From NCBI GenBank assembly GCA_008632985.1, contig QPGO01000122.1, positions 186,001 to 249,225 on the forward strand: 63,225 nt of DNA. Direction: 5' to 3'. Each line of letters starts with the position of its first letter. Within the stretch, counting starts at the first letter, position 1. Made by a program: the position numbers and the translations under genes. The stretch is from Psammoneis japonica (lineage: Eukaryota). A model generated the notes under the pieces. That model worked only from the letters and a program-made list of their open reading frames with translations, was not told the origin of the DNA and did no database searches. Shown here piece by piece: positions 60,296-63,225 of the stretch.

Positions 60296-63037
60296 CATAG
60301 GCTCAAGTTCAAGAAATAGCCCCGCTCGCGCTGTGCATAGCATGCTATGCACAGACATTTTTGCGAAGTATCGCCAAAATCGCGCATGTGCATAGCATGC
60401 TATGCACAACTCAATTTTTTGGCGCCTTTTGGTCATCCTGTTAATCAACTACTTTGAAGTGTCTGGAAAGACCTCATTGTGTCAAACATGTCAGACGCCT
60501 TTGACGTTCGATGTGGCACACGTGTGATGAGATTCAGCGATTCACGTAGAAATGACGTAGAAAAACACTTGTGTGACTCCTCGCACAAAAGCTGCGCGTT
60601 GGCCTCGCCAACAAGTGACTCCACTTCCAAGGTCATTGGAGCAAGAAAGCTGCTGTTTTAAAGGCTGTCCATTAAACATGCTAACAAGCATTGACTCATC
60701 GTCAACAAACGCCATCTGTGTCCCACTGAAACGAGGCACTTGGAACTTGAGCGACTCAAACCTTGTGCACAGCACACTGTGCACAACGTAGAATTCTGCG
60801 TAAAAAATCCCGCCAAAATTGACCAACTTCTGTGGCATTAAACAGCCATGCAAGCCCCATGGCGGAAGCTGTCCTTTTCAGCCTGTTTCGACCGTGGAGT
60901 GTGCTGAAAGGTTCGGCATGTCTCAAGAAATGCAATGTCTCGGGGAAGTTTCACGACACCTCTGAAACATTGTGCACAGCATGCTGTGCACAGTGCGCGC
61001 GGAGTGGGGTCAGGCTGGCATGTCGTCTCAACAGAAAAATCATTGACACACATGTCTTAAAACAATTTCATGTGTGAGTTGGCCGGGGTGTGGCTAGTTG
61101 GTCGCGCACGTTTGGGTTCGATGCAGCCGTGCAACTGGCCACACCCTGCAGGAAAAGCTGTTGGTGGCACGCGAGCAGAAGCAACAAAGCAAAGAACACG
61201 GCGTGGGTCAAAATGTTGTAAAATGACGCAACAACAAGCAGCGAGAAGAAACCCAACTTGACCCATGAACAAAGCGCATGCACACTGTCCAACCACTTCA
61301 ACAGTGTCTCGCATTCCCAGCTTGTAGATGAGGGGATGGCATTCGCGTTTCTCGCCATGGTGTTGTTGTGCGTTGTCGTGTTGTTTGCGCGCGAAGAACA
61401 CGGGATCCATTTATCCGACAGTGACTCTGTTTTGCCAATGGCAGATGTTTTGCCACATGCAATCTCTGGACATTTTGAGAAGCGCTTCGGGGCGACCCTG
61501 TTCGGACCGTCACACAGAAACAATTTTTGTTCATCCTCTAAAATGTGTTTCGGGGTGTTCCTCACTTTTTTGAATTTGGGTGTGCACCTCCTCAAGGTCC
61601 CAGAAATTTCAATGACATGCAAAACCCCAAGAGACCAACACAAATTTATGTTCCATGTAGACCGCGTAGATTGTGTGCCGGCGGAAAATCCACCGCCTGT
61701 CAACTCATCAGCAGTGGTTCTACGTGTTTTCCACTTGCACCTCACACACGCACACACGCCTGCACAGTCCAATGACCGCGCACACGTGCGCGAGATCATG
61801 CCAATTTGCAGCCTTTTTCGCGAATGTTTGGTCCATCATCTGTCCGTCAGATTGTGGATTTTCGTGACCCTTCATGCCTTTTTCACTGCGACACGTACAC
61901 AGCATGGCAAAATGGCGTCGTCACGCCGTCACGATTTTGAGCACAATGGAAGGTGGGGCATCGGTCGCCGACGATTGCATTGGTCCCTTTCGACACTCTA
62001 AAGGCTCGAATGTGCCATCAGCGACCGATGCCCCACCTTCCATTGTCATGAAAATGCCGTCTCTTTTTCGCCATGGCCGACCTTGCCAAGCGTTGACAAG
62101 GTGCGTGCATTTCTGCGTGATTCAGCACTCGTCATTTGAGTTTCCATTTTTCTCACACCAACATCATCAACCGTCATCGTCGTTCGTGCAGCCATGGCAT
62201 CTAGCTGGGAAAAAAGAGAGCAGTGCCACAGGAAAGAAAAAAGTGGCTGTCCTGTTAAAAAGAGAGTTGATGATGCTCTCATTCTTTTGACAGCACACGT
62301 CTTGGTGAGCTCTGATGGGAAACGGCTGATGGCCAAATGCAAGAGACATTCATCGTGTGCTCCAGAATGGCAGCATTCGAGGCAGAATAACCAAAAGTGG
62401 CACATTGGATGCAATTAAGAAGGGATCCATTGAGTCTGTTGATGCTTGCATTGCAAAACACACCGTGAGGGCATGTGACAAGGTGGATGCCGTTGATGAC
62501 GAGAAAGCTCCTGTTGCCGACGAGCCTCAAAATGACTCGACACCATGCCGTGGTTGGGGTGGAGAGAGGCACAAGCTAGCAATGTTGATGTCTGTTCAAG
62601 ACAACTTGGAGGAAATGAAAGAGTGGCAACACATTTTTGTGGAAATGGCAAGTGTGGCGGCTTTTAATTTTTTTGTAAGAAGAGCAGTTGTCAAAATTTG
62701 CATCTATTCACAGCTTCGCGTCCTCACGATTCTGTGGTAGTGTTCGACACCCACTCTCAATGTTGGGTGGAATGTCATCATATTCTTCGAAATCATAGTG
62801 TTCTTCAACATCTCAAAACGACTCAGCTACCGGTGTAGTCGTCAATGGTAAAGTACAGCGCTGCGTGGATTGGAGGGGGAGAAAAAACAAAATTCTCATG
62901 TTGCACGTAATTTTAATACCAACATATACGTAGAAAAGACAGCAAAAAAGCGCGCAGGCCAACCCGTATTCGCAGAATGGGATTCACCGTGGCGGCCTTC
63001 ATACTGTACCTGCCTATTTCTTGAACTTGAGCCTATG
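60296..63037. mobile_element. 2.7-kb TIR DNA transposon, probably non-autonomous and P-element-like
   Basis: Perfect 24-bp TIR CATAGGCTCAAGTTCAAGAAATAG (60296-60319 and 63014-63037) flanked by the 7-bp direct repeat TTGTTTC. TA-depleted interior, no recognisable transposase. The superfamily call rests only on TIR/TSD geometry. Confidence 0.82.
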
Positions 63038-63225
63038 TTGTTTCTGCGCTTTGTTCGTTTCGTCGGGTTCAGGTTGTCAACATCAGATGCTTTTACAGCA
63101 TCATTCAAACAAATTTATGAGCATTAGATTGCTTGGATGGTTGGTATAGGTTTCTGGAACGGCATGGCATGTTTGACAAGCACAGAAAAGGACGATGCAG
63201 TCCTCTCTACTCTCTAGACTATAGT

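Overview
Eukaryotic nuclear DNA, most likely from a pennate diatom (inferred from the CoDi-type Ty1/copia element, short GT-AG introns and gene content). Host genes: a partial RNAi-type RNA-dependent RNA polymerase (<1-2486, -), a bestrophin-like channel, a MEST-like alpha/beta hydrolase, PARG, adenosine deaminase, a ricin-B + GH99-like glycosidase and GCN5. About three quarters of the window is transposon-derived. A ~36.7-kb nest (~2810-39480) holds a ~9.7-kb x2 inverted duplication of a multi-gene Plavaka-type DNA transposon, a full-length copia LTR element (21960-29078, CAATT TSD) and older decayed Plavaka sequence. There is also an 8.5-kb CACTA/EnSpm-like element (49725-58195) and a 2.7-kb TIR element (60296-63037) just upstream of GCN5. 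The main signal is that every TE, but no host gene, has been almost stripped of TpA by TA->TG/CA transitions on both strands. Conserved Tyr codons have become His or Cys (RT YVDD->HVDD). The two LTRs differ almost only at TA sites while about 20 CpGs are intact. This looks like a repeat-targeted, DNA-level A:T->G:C hypermutation system, the mirror image of fungal RIP, separable from ordinary CpG decay.
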